Shown here in pieces: positions 51,687 to 64,000 of a DNA stretch of 64,000 nucleotides. Origin of the DNA: Bigelowiella natans CCMP2755. Its lineage: Eukaryota > Protista > Cercozoa. The position numbers were made by a program, and so were the translations under genes. The stretch lies in assembly GCA_000320545.1 (NCBI GenBank), contig ADNK01000048.1, positions 62,001 through 126,000 on the forward strand, read 5' to 3'. A model generated the notes under the pieces. It was not told the DNA's origin. It was given only the letters and a program-made list of their open reading frames with translations, and ran no database searches. Numbering within the stretch: the stretch's first letter is position 1; each line of letters starts with the position of its first letter.

Positions 51687-52378
51687 AACAACAAGGAAAG
51701 TCTTCCATTAAAAAAATGATCATCAAGCTCGCAGATTATTGGGCCATTATCTTTGCGGCTGGCAGCTGCTGGCGGTGGAATTTCGCAATGCCGTGAGTTC
51801 ATTTGCACCCTTTTTGCTGTATCGTGGCTTGCATGCATCCGCTCCTACTAATTTGCGTATTACGTACTGCTCAGCGAATATATCCGCTTCCCGTCCGCTC
51901 GCCGTGCGTATGTCATATGATCAGTATACTAGTGTGAATGTCATACACATCATATCCTATAACTCAATGCGGTTATATAGATACCATAATAGTATACGCG
52001 CTGTGTGTCCTCAGCATTGCATCTAGTATATATAGTATGACCATGTTCTAGATGTCATTGTCTAGCAAATAAAAATGTATATGTTTATAGTTTTTTCTTA
52101 ATGCTGATAGTAACAGCATCAGTGTGCATTATTGCGCGACGCCCTGAAAAACAATGCATATGTATACAACGCATGAGGTACGTAGAATAACGAATAGACC
52201 CGCATCGCTATTTACATAACATTGGCATCAAGATATGCCGACCCAATGTACGTACACAAGTAACTTGTACTGCTAACTTAGCATAGTCCAAGCATGCTAG
52301 TAACTGGCAAGGCTCTAGTACTATCTAGACTACTATGCATAATTTGATTTTTTTTTTTGACGGCGATGTATGCATAAT

Positions 52379-54016
52379 TTATGTCCATCGCTTTCGAGCA
52401 GCCTCTTCATCTATCGGTAAATACCACTCCGGATACGGGAGGGACGGATTTAGACGGTAGTCTACAAATATTTCCTGCATGAAAGATTGTAAAATGTATG
52501 TCCTTATTGAATTGTAAAATGTAGAGGAATTCTTGAATTGCGTTCTAACCTCGTCCTCAATATCTCGAGTGGCAATGTATACAATCGTGCTTGCAAGCTC
52601 GCCTGTTAAAGGCGTAAATCAATTAGTATGGGATGTATGTAGCCTTCCAAAATGTAATCATACGGTGCCCGAAGCCAATGAAGTTTGATGAGATAAGCTT
52701 CGTTGGGATATAAGGCCGCTGGTGTAATGGATTCGATAGTTATGTATGGAATCAAGATAACACGAAGATAATGTTTAAACAGGTTCATTTACCAGATGGT
52801 GCGCAAAATCTGTTGGAAAATCAAATGCCAGCTGTTGCACATTTTGCATCCCTACAACATCAATATAAAGTGTACATTTTAGCAAAATCCTAAGAGCAAA
52901 ATACTGTAGCGCTTCTGGGGCAACGTCAGAATGAAACCCATAATTAGCAGCCTTATTTCACCTTGCTCTTGCGGATGATTAATGTATTGGCCAACAGCGT
53001 AAGGATTCTTTTTGCTTGCCAACTGCAATCACGCGCAAAATTGTAGGTTATACAAACTAAAAAGTGCTAAATCAGCGATGCACTTGTGGTGTACCATTTT
53101 ATAATTCCGTCGTGTCTCCGGGGTGTAGTATTCCGGCCAGGTGCTATCATCACCATCATCTATGCTACTTATTTCAACGCTACGTAGAATCACACAGTAA
53201 AAGAAGTAGGTTAGAATCGCGATATCAAGTTTAGATACTAATTGAAACGGGTACTTTGCGTCAAGCAAGATGCTGTCCATCCGTGCAATTGCATAGCCTT
53301 TATGCTCGTCCTTATTATTGCGTTCCATGATCGTTTCGTACACCTCAGGGCCGTGCTCCGGTATCGCAAATAGACCTTCAACGGTAAGAAACAATGAATA
53401 ACATCAGAAATCCATGTATGAGATAGCGATGAGAGACAGACCTGGATAAAGTGCCAACACTGAACCTCTGATTGCTTTTCCTTGCACGAATACGCCATTG
53501 CCAGCAGCAGAAATGGTACTGGGTTTCACAGCGAGAGAGAAATCCATCTTGAAATCTGCTCGTAAGTGAACATTACGGTTGAATGATATCTGCGCTGCTT
53601 TCTTCTATATTATGAAGGAAATTGGTAGTAAATATCTAGAATATCAACCTGATTGATCCCCATCTGCCGCGTGCACGCTCTCCAACATGTACATCAACTG
53701 TGCATGAGTGTGCTCAAACGTATACTCACTTGTATCGCTGGCACCAAGCTCGAACCTAGCATTAAACACACATCGGATGAGATATTCCAGCAAATTGTAA
53801 TTACACAAAGCGTATGATCCAAACAACTTTTTCAATACAACGATCTTGTTCGAAATATGCCAGAAAAAAGTCGCCTCAATTTTCGCTCTCCATATTTTAT
53901 TTGCTTTCGGAGCAGGATTACGGGTTATGCTTGAGGATGTCGTCAAAGGGCTGAAACTCCCCGGAGAGTTTTAGTACACGGTGGTATATGCACATTGCAA
54001 CTTTTAGGTGGTCCAT
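52379..54016 (-). CDS. SETD9-like SET-domain protein, multi-exon
   Basis: [34 protein letters not shown]; [12 protein letters not shown]; [17 protein letters not shown]|RPYIP; [13 protein letters not shown]|[31 protein letters not shown]. These are SET motifs in the SETD9 arrangement. The 5' end is uncertain. Confidence 0.82.
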
Positions 54017-54722
54017 GTGCCACTGTTTGCCGGAATGAAATTAGATAGATTGATCAAGAGAACGACGTATTACCAATGTACATGTGAGAACTTACTTATA
54101 TTTATTTTTTTGTGTAGAAAGAAAGAAATCGACCTGTTGTCTACATGTGGGCGTACATCGTGTCCTGGAATCAGAACAATTTGTCAGATTGAGACGCTGG
54201 TCGCAAACAAAGATTGATAATTACCCTCTACCAAATACCTCAGCCAAAGTCTCAGCCTGTAATCATTGTTGATAAAAGTGTCAGCGATGTTTTGAACTCT
54301 GCTCTCGCCTTAGAAATCTACAAGTGAGTTCCACCAACCAGTGCCCAAAGGCGTGAGGACATGACTCCGACGTGCAATTTGTCCCCGTTCGAAAAGGAGG
54401 GAGGGAAGGGGTGATCGGTAGTTTCGCGTCGCGTTTCCGATTCGCGTTCCAATCGCATACCTGCGATATCCTACAATTATTGTCGCATCCAAGAATTCTC
54501 ATCGAAGCTTGGGATTCCCAACGATGTCAGGAGATTACCACCCGTACAATCCGGAAACTGGAAACAACGGAAAATTCCATGAGCTTTTTTTTGGGATTCA
54601 ATTATGTTTAACGACAAGCTAGTTGTTTATGACGCAGGGTTGAAACGGTATGATTTTCTTCCAAACCAAACTCAAGATTCGGCTTGGAAATCCTCCTCAC
54701 CGTCGCGAGAGTCCTCAGAATC

Positions 54723-56252
54723 ATGGATCTGTACCAAGGACCCGATGATGAAGATCCGATGAGTGCGGGGGAAGCTATGAATGAAGCTCTCCTGGTACTT
54801 TCAGAATACGTACCAGCGTTCTGTGCTAAATTAACCCTCTCGATCGATTGTCGTTAACAGAACATAGCATCGATGCTCGAACACTTCCTGCCGCAGGAAT
54901 TGGCTCAACAGCTCCTCAACGTATGTATTCTCAGTACACTAGCATTTTCTTGCTTTCTTTCAATGGAGCTGGGTCGTAGGGGTAATTTTTAAGGTAAAAA
55001 CTGACATCCCACACACTTTTTGACAGCCTATGCAATTCTGGAATCGTGTTACCGAGCTGCTTGAGGATGAAGAAAATCCATACAAGGAACAGCTAAAACT
55101 GGCTGCCCTTGAGGTAAAATGCACCATACTCGACTGATTCAAATCGCATACTTACTGCATTCCTATGTTGACGAGTTGAATCTTTGCCTAGATCTGCAAA
55201 GAAAGTGTCACGGTTGTACCAAACTTATACGGAGGGGTGGAGAGAATAATGTCCTTCGTGATGAGCATGGTACTCCATCAGATTTTCTTTCTCCCCCACA
55301 TTGCTTTAAGTGTTCTTTTGGCTGGGACAGTGTAACTCAGAAGAGACTGATGAAGTAAAGATCTCAGCCGGGGAGTTCATACTGATGATTCTCCAAAAAG
55401 CTGATGAAGACGACGAGCCAGAAGACCCTGATGAAGCTGAGGATGCGAAGATTGTGGTTGCTTGGGTCATACAAATTAATAAGAGAAGAAATAGATTCAC
55501 AAGCTGGACTGATCGTTGTGCTTTGAAATCCATGACGGTGTAGATGGAGGCGGAGGAAAACCGTGAGAAGTTCTTCAAAAAAGTTGTCCCATTTTGTGTA
55601 AAGGTATTGAACATGTGATTCTTTCTGAGATTCGTTGATTCGCGCATTTTAACAAACAGGGACACAACAATAACAAAAACAACAATAACAACAACTGCAT
55701 TTGGGATTTACACGAAAGATCATCAGGTTATATTTACTTCAGGGTATGGGCCTCTCAGAAGGTCAAAGAGAATCTTTTGAGGCGCTCTTGAAATTTGAGG
55801 GAAAGCAGAAACACACTGAGGAAGATAAAAAGGGTTGAAGATTTAATTCCACATGTCCATATCATGCGCATTTTAAAGTTCCATTTTTTATTTAGCGTGG
55901 GAGGGGGGCCAGAAAGCAGCAACCGAGGTGGATGTGCTGTGCCAACTTGCCAAATTGAAGGATTTACGGTCGAAATTGAAAGAAGCCGGGGCGTCCACTA
56001 TCTATGACTTGCATGCTATTCTGAACAACACGGCTATGACACAGTGGGGAGAATTACGAGCAAGCCTGAAGAAGGGTCACATCAAACGCCTGGAACGCTC
56101 CCTGAAGGTAGCAAAGACGGTGAATCGAGTTTTTCCTTCAATTTGAGGGCAGCCAGCCTCTTTGTGTAGGCTTAAGGCACGAATTTTCTCGACTATTCCT
56201 TAATATATTGTATAAAGTAACATTAATGTCTCCCTTTAATCCCCCCCCCCCC

Positions 56253-56302
<50 letters not shown>

Positions 56303-58588
56303 CTCGCTCCCTCCCCTTTCTGACTAAGTGTGCGTATACGCTCTTGAGACCCTTACAACCTGTCTCAGGAGTTCATCAAAGATTTGCAGGCGAAGGAGGC
56401 GAATGTTGAAGAGAAGCGATTCGAAATTTATCTGCCCCTGCGCGAGCCTGAAGACCTCCAATCTTGCCATCAAAGCGTGATCGAAGGCATGCTTGAGACC
56501 CTCAGCACAGCCTCAAAGAATTATGTGTGGGACTTACTTGCTTCTGAAATTGTTCCCATCCTCTTGAAGCACAAGGAGTTGCAGGATGGCGATGAAGGCC
56601 AGATTGCCCTTTCAGATGCGATGCACATTGCAACTTTTTTCCTAACCTATCACGGGAAGCAGAAGCTGGGGGCTGTTGAGACCATAAAGCCGTTTTTGGA
56701 CGCTTGTTTACACCTGGCCGATTCGACAAATTTTTTCATGAAGAAGTACGCCTGCCGAGGCCTTGGCATTTTTGGGGAACTCCCTATTGACATCAAGGCA
56801 AAGGATGGAGTCATGAAAATCGTTACCAAGCTCATGAGCGACCCCAACGGGCTAATACGGGAGGAGGTAAACATGGCTGTCGCTTCCATGCTGCGAAACA
56901 TGGACGACGACGATGACCTCAAAAAACTTGGCGAGAAGTTCCTCCCAGAAGTCGTCTCCAAAGCCATCTTTAGCATTGACCGCTATGCGAATGCAGTTGA
57001 AACTGACGTATTTGCCCCGCTCTCGACTGCGATCGAAGAGCATGCGTCGATACTGGACGAAGCAGGGATTCTAGAGGCTCGTTTGCTTCCTCTCACTATA
57101 GAAAGGATGAACACGCTCGATAGTGAAGACAGCGAACTCGATGAAACTTTCGACATCCTCGGTGCGATGATGAAGCAACTCAAGAGCCGATTCCTTCCTC
57201 ATGCAAAGCCTTTGATGCTTAGAACTATTCAGGTGAGGAAGATGAAGACAACGGCAAAGTCGTTTCTTCTCCTCTACTCTTCTGTGAAATAACTGCAGAC
57301 TTTGCTCTGATTCATGTCCGATATCGTGAGGCCAGACGGATTCACACCTTAATCTATAGTATCTGTTGTTGCTACATGTTCGCCTAAGAAAAACGATGGA
57401 GAGCATACTTAGCACTCACTTATTCTCCCCCACCCCCCCTCCTCTTCCCCCTTCCATTCCACTGGATGAAATGGTAATGTTGCCTCCCACCATTAGATAA
57501 CGAAAGAGCTGCTAGCAAAGAACACCCAGCCACGATTGGAGTCGCGTGATGAAGACTCAGATGAAGACAGAGAGGAGGAGGAGGAGGACAGAATCGAGAA
57601 GATTTCCATGCTGCAGAAAGGATCCTTGGGATTTCTCGGTGCTATGGTGGACTGGAGCGCACAAGTAACGAGGCAGATTAACGGTGATGATGATGGAAAG
57701 CGCAAAGGCGATTCGAAGAAGTCTCAGAAAATGGGGGCAACAGAGATCGCCACTAAGGAGTTCCTGGAGTCGGACGATGCTAAGAAAATTCTCTCTGGAT
57801 ACAAAAAGGGGCAGCACCAGCAGCTACTCTGGTTTCTGATAGATTCTGGACCAATATTTCGAGTTGCACGACAAGGGATGTCATTGAGGCTGGACAGTGA
57901 GGCGTTGGAGTATGCTTTGAGCCTCGTCGGCGACATTGCACGGTGCTGCTTCGAAATTGATACGTTTGAGGAGGAGTTAAAGATGTTCCTCAATATGGCT
58001 GTAGACATGGTTGAATTGCTGGAGGACAAACGGTCGAGAACAAACTCGATTTGGATGATAGGCATGGTAGCGAGAGCGATGGGGAAGACTAGCATCGGAG
58101 AAAAAATACCAAGCTTAATTCGGCTTCTAAAGCCCTTCCTTAATCCGAAATTCTTCAACAGTGGGAAGGAGAAGCGTTTTGATAAAGATAAAGACTTGGA
58201 AAAGGGAGCCTCCTCGAGCATTCCAAACAATGCAGCGATAGCACTAGGATGTGTCGCCGGGGTTGCTCCTGACGTGGTGAGTTTGTCTGAAGGCCTGCTG
58301 GCAAGCTTCCTTAAAGAATGGTCCGACCACTGGTCTACTCACTTCAAACTCAGGGCAGCTGAGTCTGATGGGAAAACAAAAAAGAAGGCTAGATACACCG
58401 GTACAGAAAGGGAGGAATGCGCTCTCTCTTTCTCAGGAATGTGTAATACTGTTCTTTTGCACAAAAATAATCTGAGCAGCGACTGCCTCGCACGATTCGC
58501 AGATGCGATGCGGAACTTTCCTGAGCCAACAGAGGAGCTGAAAAAATTGTTCGATAAATGTAAAGCTGTTTGTAATGACAAAGATTGA
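54723..58588 (+). CDS. Divergent transportin-1 (karyopherin-beta2)-like HEAT-repeat protein with a SAM-like insertion
   Basis: By-eye correspondence to TNPO1: RIMSFVMSM|CNSEETDEVKISAGEFIL (H7), KKVVPFCVK|GMGLSE (H8, compare LIPVLVNGMKYSD), ACLHLADSTNFFMKKYACRGLG, TNSIWMIGMVARAMG, NNAAIALGCVAGVAPDVV...FLKEW, EECALSFSGMC...FADAMRNFPEPTEELKKLF. The start may lie slightly upstream (about 54604-54677). Confidence 0.72.
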
Positions 58589-59447
58589 GATGCAAAGGTG
58601 CTCGTAAGCCATTTAATGAAATTTAGAAACCAAAATGTGCTGCTTAATGTTACTACACTCAATTTTTTTACTCGCAGTCACTACGTGTGTACTTCACTGT
58701 CATCTACTGAGCTAACTGCATGTGTGCTGTTGTCGCAATGTGACATAGTACTCATCAAATCGACAGAAACAGAGCATGCGCATGCTGGCATGCGATGATT
58801 CATCATGCAGTGATCGATGATGAACCAATTCATTGTGGTCCAGCGGTGGGAATTTGTGCTAGTTTGTGGCTGTGCTTGCTAGCTTGGCCGCCACCACATG
58901 CAGACCAGCCCCATGTAGCATGCACTGCATCGCTAGCTAGCTAGGCATGCTACATCTATCTACTTCATCGCAAATTTGATTTGAAATGAACTCCTGCTAG
59001 CCTGGCTTGTTTCGGATTGCACACGATGCTCATGTAGATCTAGCGGATGCGCCCAAGACAGGATGTTGCATGTGTTAGTAATGGACTCAAAGCATCTGCT
59101 ACATGTGTCATGTGTGCGCTGATGCCATGTCTAGTTGTGCAGATCTTTGGTGCAATTCAATGCGTCAAGGATGTCAGCATGACAAGAACATCTCTGCATA
59201 CGCATAGCCAATGATGATGAGCATTGAAGGAATTTAATCGTTTTATTACATCCGTCTCTAATAATAAGAACATCTGTGTTCACAACCTAATGTCATTTCT
59301 GATCACAATGCAGCATATCGTGCACGGACGATTTAATCGTGTTGTTACTTTTAATTACGACTTCTTACGCATCTAACTTAACAGGGTCCTTCTGTACGTG
59401 ATGAAATTAACTGTAGCTTTTAAAATCGACGATATTATGATGTTTCC

Positions 59448-62400
59448 TTAGGCGTGCAACGTAAGATATGGTGACGACTTCATCATTGTCACAAATCTAA
59501 TCCAACATCATTGATTCAAAATAAGGTTTATGTAACACAGATATGCTATTTCCATCCACAAAAACATTTGCCATTCATAAATGTATGAACTATAATCATA
59601 TGAAAGGAATGTAAGAGGAAGGGAAAGGACATACTCGTCGAAATAAATCTCCATATCTCCAGTTGTATCTCCCTCCTAGGAGTAAACATTAAATTCTAAG
59701 ATCTTAACGCATGAGAATTTTCCAAAAGCGAAATATGTGTGTGGTTAATAATACTACTCTTAGCAGAGAATCGACGTTGTACTTGCCTAAGTCACTACCT
59801 AGCAGTTGCTGTTGAACAATACATTAGGATATAATTTCCATGACAATTTATTGTTTGTTACTTACTTCTAAGTCCCATGCAGATATCTTCCCATCTTTCG
59901 TCACGTCCAGGGAGTCAAATAATTTCCGAAGTACTTTACTATCATTCTGTTACGACATAATGTGAGAACCTCACGTATTTACGTCGACTGATGCTACCTG
60001 GAGGTCGTCACCCAGAGAAGCTGCAAGGAATTCTGTATAACTTATTTGCCCTACAGGAAAAGGGATAAATTCTAGCACTTGCTGGTTCTTAAGAGAATAT
60101 ATGCATTTATCAACGTCAGATGAATATGTTGGTACGTACCTTCTTTATCAACGTCAAGTGATTCAAAGATAGCCTGAATCATGGAGCAAGTGATATCATA
60201 TTCTTTGTACAATGATCGATGAAAATAAACCAACTTTAGCATCAATTTTGATCTTATGTCGATTTAAACCGGCTTGAAGCTCTTCGAATGATATGTAACC
60301 GTCATGTTCTGTCCAAGACCAAAAGAATCTGGCTATTAGAAAAAATGACTGGTTACGGCCCCATGTTATGTACCTGTGTCCAGAGAGTCGAATGTAGACT
60401 TCAATTTTGCGACTTTATCGCTTTGCTCGTTAAATGCACGAACCTATTTTAGATATAACTTAATGAATCGATAAGGCAACAATAGATCAGGATTACCATG
60501 AGCACAAGCTTCTTCAAGCGCCCGCTTTTCTGGAATGATATCATACGCTCGAGGGCATCTCTGTTGAATCAGCATTAGTGTTATGATATAATATTTCAAA
60601 ATTACTTGCCTAGGATTAAGAAACCTTTCGAGTTGCTGATCCTTTGCATCACCTTTCTCAATATCTTTGAAGAAATCCGACTGAAGGCACAGAAAAATTG
60701 TTTTGCTGAAAGGATTTTGAGGCAATGTTTTAGAAGTTAGTAGCGGTACCTTTAAAGCATCAGCACAGGACCATCGCTTTTTTGGATCAAACTAGAAATA
60801 TGATTCTGGATCAAGAATGCAGAAATAGATACATTTGACAGATAGGTGATTTAAAACCTTCAATAATGAAGAAATAAGAGATTTTGCATTTGCACTCATT
60901 GACGCTGGATAGTGGACGACACCTTTACTGAAAAAACATTTCAGTCGTATCTATACTCCCAGAGCTTAATTATGGTAGGTCAACAATCGTGAATTCTCTT
61001 AAACTTGGCAACCGTATTGCATGGTCGAGTTGAGATTTGGTAGCTCCAGTGAAGGGCGGATTTGATGTAAGAAGTATGTATGTTAAAACCCCTAATGCCC
61101 AGCAGTCACATTTCTCGTCGTATCTGATGATCAATATGTGGTCAATATTGAACTAATCTTAGTAGGATATATCTCTACCTTCCGGTAAGGACTTGTGGAG
61201 ACATATAATAAGGTGTTCCACAAACAGTCTGCACAGTCAATGACGAAAGTTGGCATCCACAAAATTACTTATTCCCATGAAGTAGGACCTGCATATGCCT
61301 CTTCCTTTCAGTCTTAGTAGTACTAATCTGGAAAACAGTCTTTTCAGTGTTGCGTAGGTATTATATCAAATAAACCATTACGTACCCGCCCCTTTTTTAA
61401 GTTGACCCTTTGCATTTTCTTACCAATTCCGAAATCTATAACCTTCGTATGAAAGAGTATAAGTTAGTACCCGGCTTCACAAGGTCGTCTTCTGCTTCGT
61501 TTACACATACAATGATATCTTCAAGGTTATCTGGTGATGTAAAGACAAAGTTCTCCAGTTTGATGTCGCGATGACATATTCCCTGGAATAAAGAAACTGC
61601 GTTACTTATTACAAACTTTTCAGATCTTGGCTAAACCTTGCTGTGACAATATGCTATGGCAGATATGATTTTCCTCATCACTCTGGCGACCTTGAACGTA
61701 TTTGTAACAAAAATAGAGAGTCTCATGAATTAAGCTGTATTATGCTTGGTCAATTCAAAATTCAACCTCTCTCTCGGTTCTAAATTGAACCTTCCCTAAA
61801 TCCTACAGTTGAAGAATGTGTAAAGTATGAAGCTGAAATTCGCAAACTCAATTATAAGAATAAATAATGCCTTTCCTTCCAACAGCTGCATCACAAGATA
61901 CCTAAAAACCGTAATTATTTATAGATTAAAGATCAATCAATGCGGTATTATAGCTATAAGATACCAAAAAAATAAAGATTACATTTTCGTTCCTTGCTCA
62001 TAAACTTCGTACAATCGCACAATGTTTGGATGATCCAATTGACGCAAAATATCTACCTGGGAATAACGAGAGAGTCTGACATCATATAAAACATTGTATG
62101 GGACATTCAAACCTCATTTCTCAGTTCTTCCAACTGCGCCGGATCAAGCTTATGTTTGTTAATACTTTTGATTGCAAATCTAAGTGAGCGAATCTAATTA
62201 GCCTTGCGATTTCATCGATCTCCTTAACAATTTTTGCGGGAATGCACAATTGACGACATCTTCATCTAACCTTTGCTTTGTCTTTCTATGCGTCACTACG
62301 TGAACCTAAAAGATACACAATTTAAGAATTTAAGGCGGTCCAAACTAATATCAGGGGATCAGGGGATGGCTCACCGATCCAGTCATACCAGCTCCCAAAA

Positions 62401-62570
62401 GATTCCCACGAGAATATATATGCCACACTCCAGCACTTTTGTATGATTTAAGCATCTGATCAATAAGAATTACAATTTAACAAAGTGAATCGTCCTTTAA
62501 TTCATACAAGTAAGAAATTGTATCTGTCATTGATGCCAACTTTCCTTAACCTGTTCATGAATCCCGCCAT
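59448..62570 (-). CDS. Calcium-dependent protein kinase (CDPK), 25 exons
   Basis: LGAGMTGS|V, FAIK, LDHPNIVRLYEVY, HRDIKLEN, IDFG, CGTPYYMSPQVL, DEKCDCWALGV; junction RMISFQKSGRLKKLVLM; four EF-hand loops DTEHDGYISFEE, DVDKEGQISYTE, DVTKDGKISAWD, DTTGDMEIYFDE; ends FVTMMKSSPYLTLHA*. Confidence 0.92.
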
Positions 62571-63492
62571 TACTATCCAAGCGATTTTTCCTCTTTGGAG
62601 ATTTTTCTTGATGAACTTAAGTTACATTTAACATCGTGTAATATATCATACGGTGATGTGCATTCTCCATTATTTCTGCATGCAAATTTAATCTTGTCAT
62701 CATGTCAACATGCAACATGATGCACACCACGCATTCGATTTTCGAATGCTTGGAGAGTTCGCTAACCCGGTTCATCTTCTGACATGCACAATCCCATTAT
62801 TTTAAATTGAACGAGAGGTAGAGATCAGTGAGATCAATCAGTTTGGGCAACGAATCGGGGGAGCAAGGACAAAAAAGCAAAGAAGCACAATCCTGCGATG
62901 CTCCTTTTCTGCTAATTTAGCGCTTTGGGATCACAACGGAGCGACAACCACCGAAGATGTCGCTACATGTAAATGTCCTTTGTTTGCCTTACAAAAAACC
63001 ATTATATCGTAAGACATAAATTTATCGTATAAATACCCAAGGTAGAACTTTATAATGAAATGCTTCGAATTGATTCTCTGTCTCTTTTCTCCCATGCAAC
63101 ATGAATATCGGCACAAAAAATATCGATATTCTCAGCTTAAATTTCATGATTTTCCAGACCGTACTTTATTTTTAAGAAATATAAAGAGATTCATTCCCTG
63201 CGACAATTCTTTCTCCCAATCTTCAGGGGGTTACGGTGTAATCGCGCAATCGTTAATCTCAGACCATAGAAATACATGTTGGATCCTAGAACTCGCCTCG
63301 AATTATATATTTACGCACTTTTTTGTATGTCGTCATAAGATATAGGACGCTAACAAAGCATATTGCCAATATTTTTTCAATTAATATTATTCTGAACAGA
63401 TCCACGTGGAGGAGTGAAGGCACCAGTAATATACCTCCGTGTCAGGCTGAGTGAGAACTGGCATCTGCTATACATGGAAGCTTAGTGGAATC

Positions 63493-64000
63493 ATGGAGAT
63501 TCTAAACGACGACGCGGTGTTCAATGAAGGGACAGAGGAGAAGAAACCTCCTATGAGCAAAAGGCTCCTGGCGGAGAAGAATGTTGACGAAAAAGCCGGC
63601 GCAGAAGGTATTTACACTACTTTTTACACGACTTTTAGGATTTCAGCGGGCCTAGATCATGGTCCGGCGTCTCATGCGGAATATGTGCTATGCAATTAGA
63701 TTACTTATACTTGCGCCGGAGTGGGATTGACAATCCAGAGGAGTTTATGAGAGCACGGAGAGAAGAAGGTACCCAGCACACTCTTTTCCAGATCGTGTCC
63801 TGATCCTTATGAATATCAGCAAAGCCTCTCCGCGATCGATATTACTGCTTCAAACCGCTTGAGGCAATACCTATCTACGAGGAAGAGAGCGATGAAAAGG
63901 CGGCAAATAATCATCTTATAAACGCGGTTTTTGAACAAATCGATCCCGAGAAAGTCGACACTCTGAGAAGGTGGGAGACCCCTTCCGAAGAAGAAAAGAG
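63493..64000 (+). CDS. Hypothetical protein, 3'-partial
   Basis: Phase-consistent exons MEILNDDAVFNEG...KAGAE|DYLYLRRSGIDNPEEFMRARREE|AKPLRDRYYCFKPLEAIPIYEEESDEKAANNHLINAVFEQIDPEKVDTLR|. The last segment could begin an ankyrin-like repeat (weak). Confidence 0.55.

Noticed and set aside
60105-60156. 13-bp TTTATCAACGTCA shared by a CDPK exon and the adjacent intron, suggesting intron gain by duplication
   Set aside because: Too short and isolated to support a mechanism.

Overview
Gene-dense, intron-rich eukaryotic nuclear DNA from a protist. The short GT-AG introns, microsatellite-laden genes, CDPK, cytosolic GAPDH and VPS13B suggest a chlorarachniophyte/rhizarian-type genome, but that is inference only. 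Manual splicing gives about 15 protein-coding genes: a Popeye/cNMP-like membrane protein (+, 5'-partial), a 6-7TM GPCR-like protein (-), BRAP2/ETP1-type RING/ZnF-UBP ligase (+), ALG1 (+), FAM227/FWWh protein (-) with an upstream hypothetical that may be the same gene, a conserved protist membrane protein (+), a 22-kb VPS13B (-), cytosolic SerRS (+), GAPDH (-), PHRF1-like RING+PHD protein (+), SETD9-like protein (-), a divergent transportin-1-like HEAT protein (+), a 25-exon CDPK (-) and a 3'-partial hypothetical (+). No rRNA, tRNA, CRISPR array or recognisable transposon was seen. Most notable observations: (1) the transportin-like protein has a SAM-like domain, encoded by one phase 0-0 exon, in place of the Ran-sensing acidic H8 loop; (2) the spacers downstream of stop codons are packed with purine/pyrimidine-alternating palindromes, a candidate 3'-end signal; (3) a 57-bp hairpin lies near the centre of the VPS13B/SerRS divergent promoter; (4) several housekeeping proteins have degenerate motifs, and VPS13B has an apparent frameshift. 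All exon models were read by eye and need RNA-seq confirmation.
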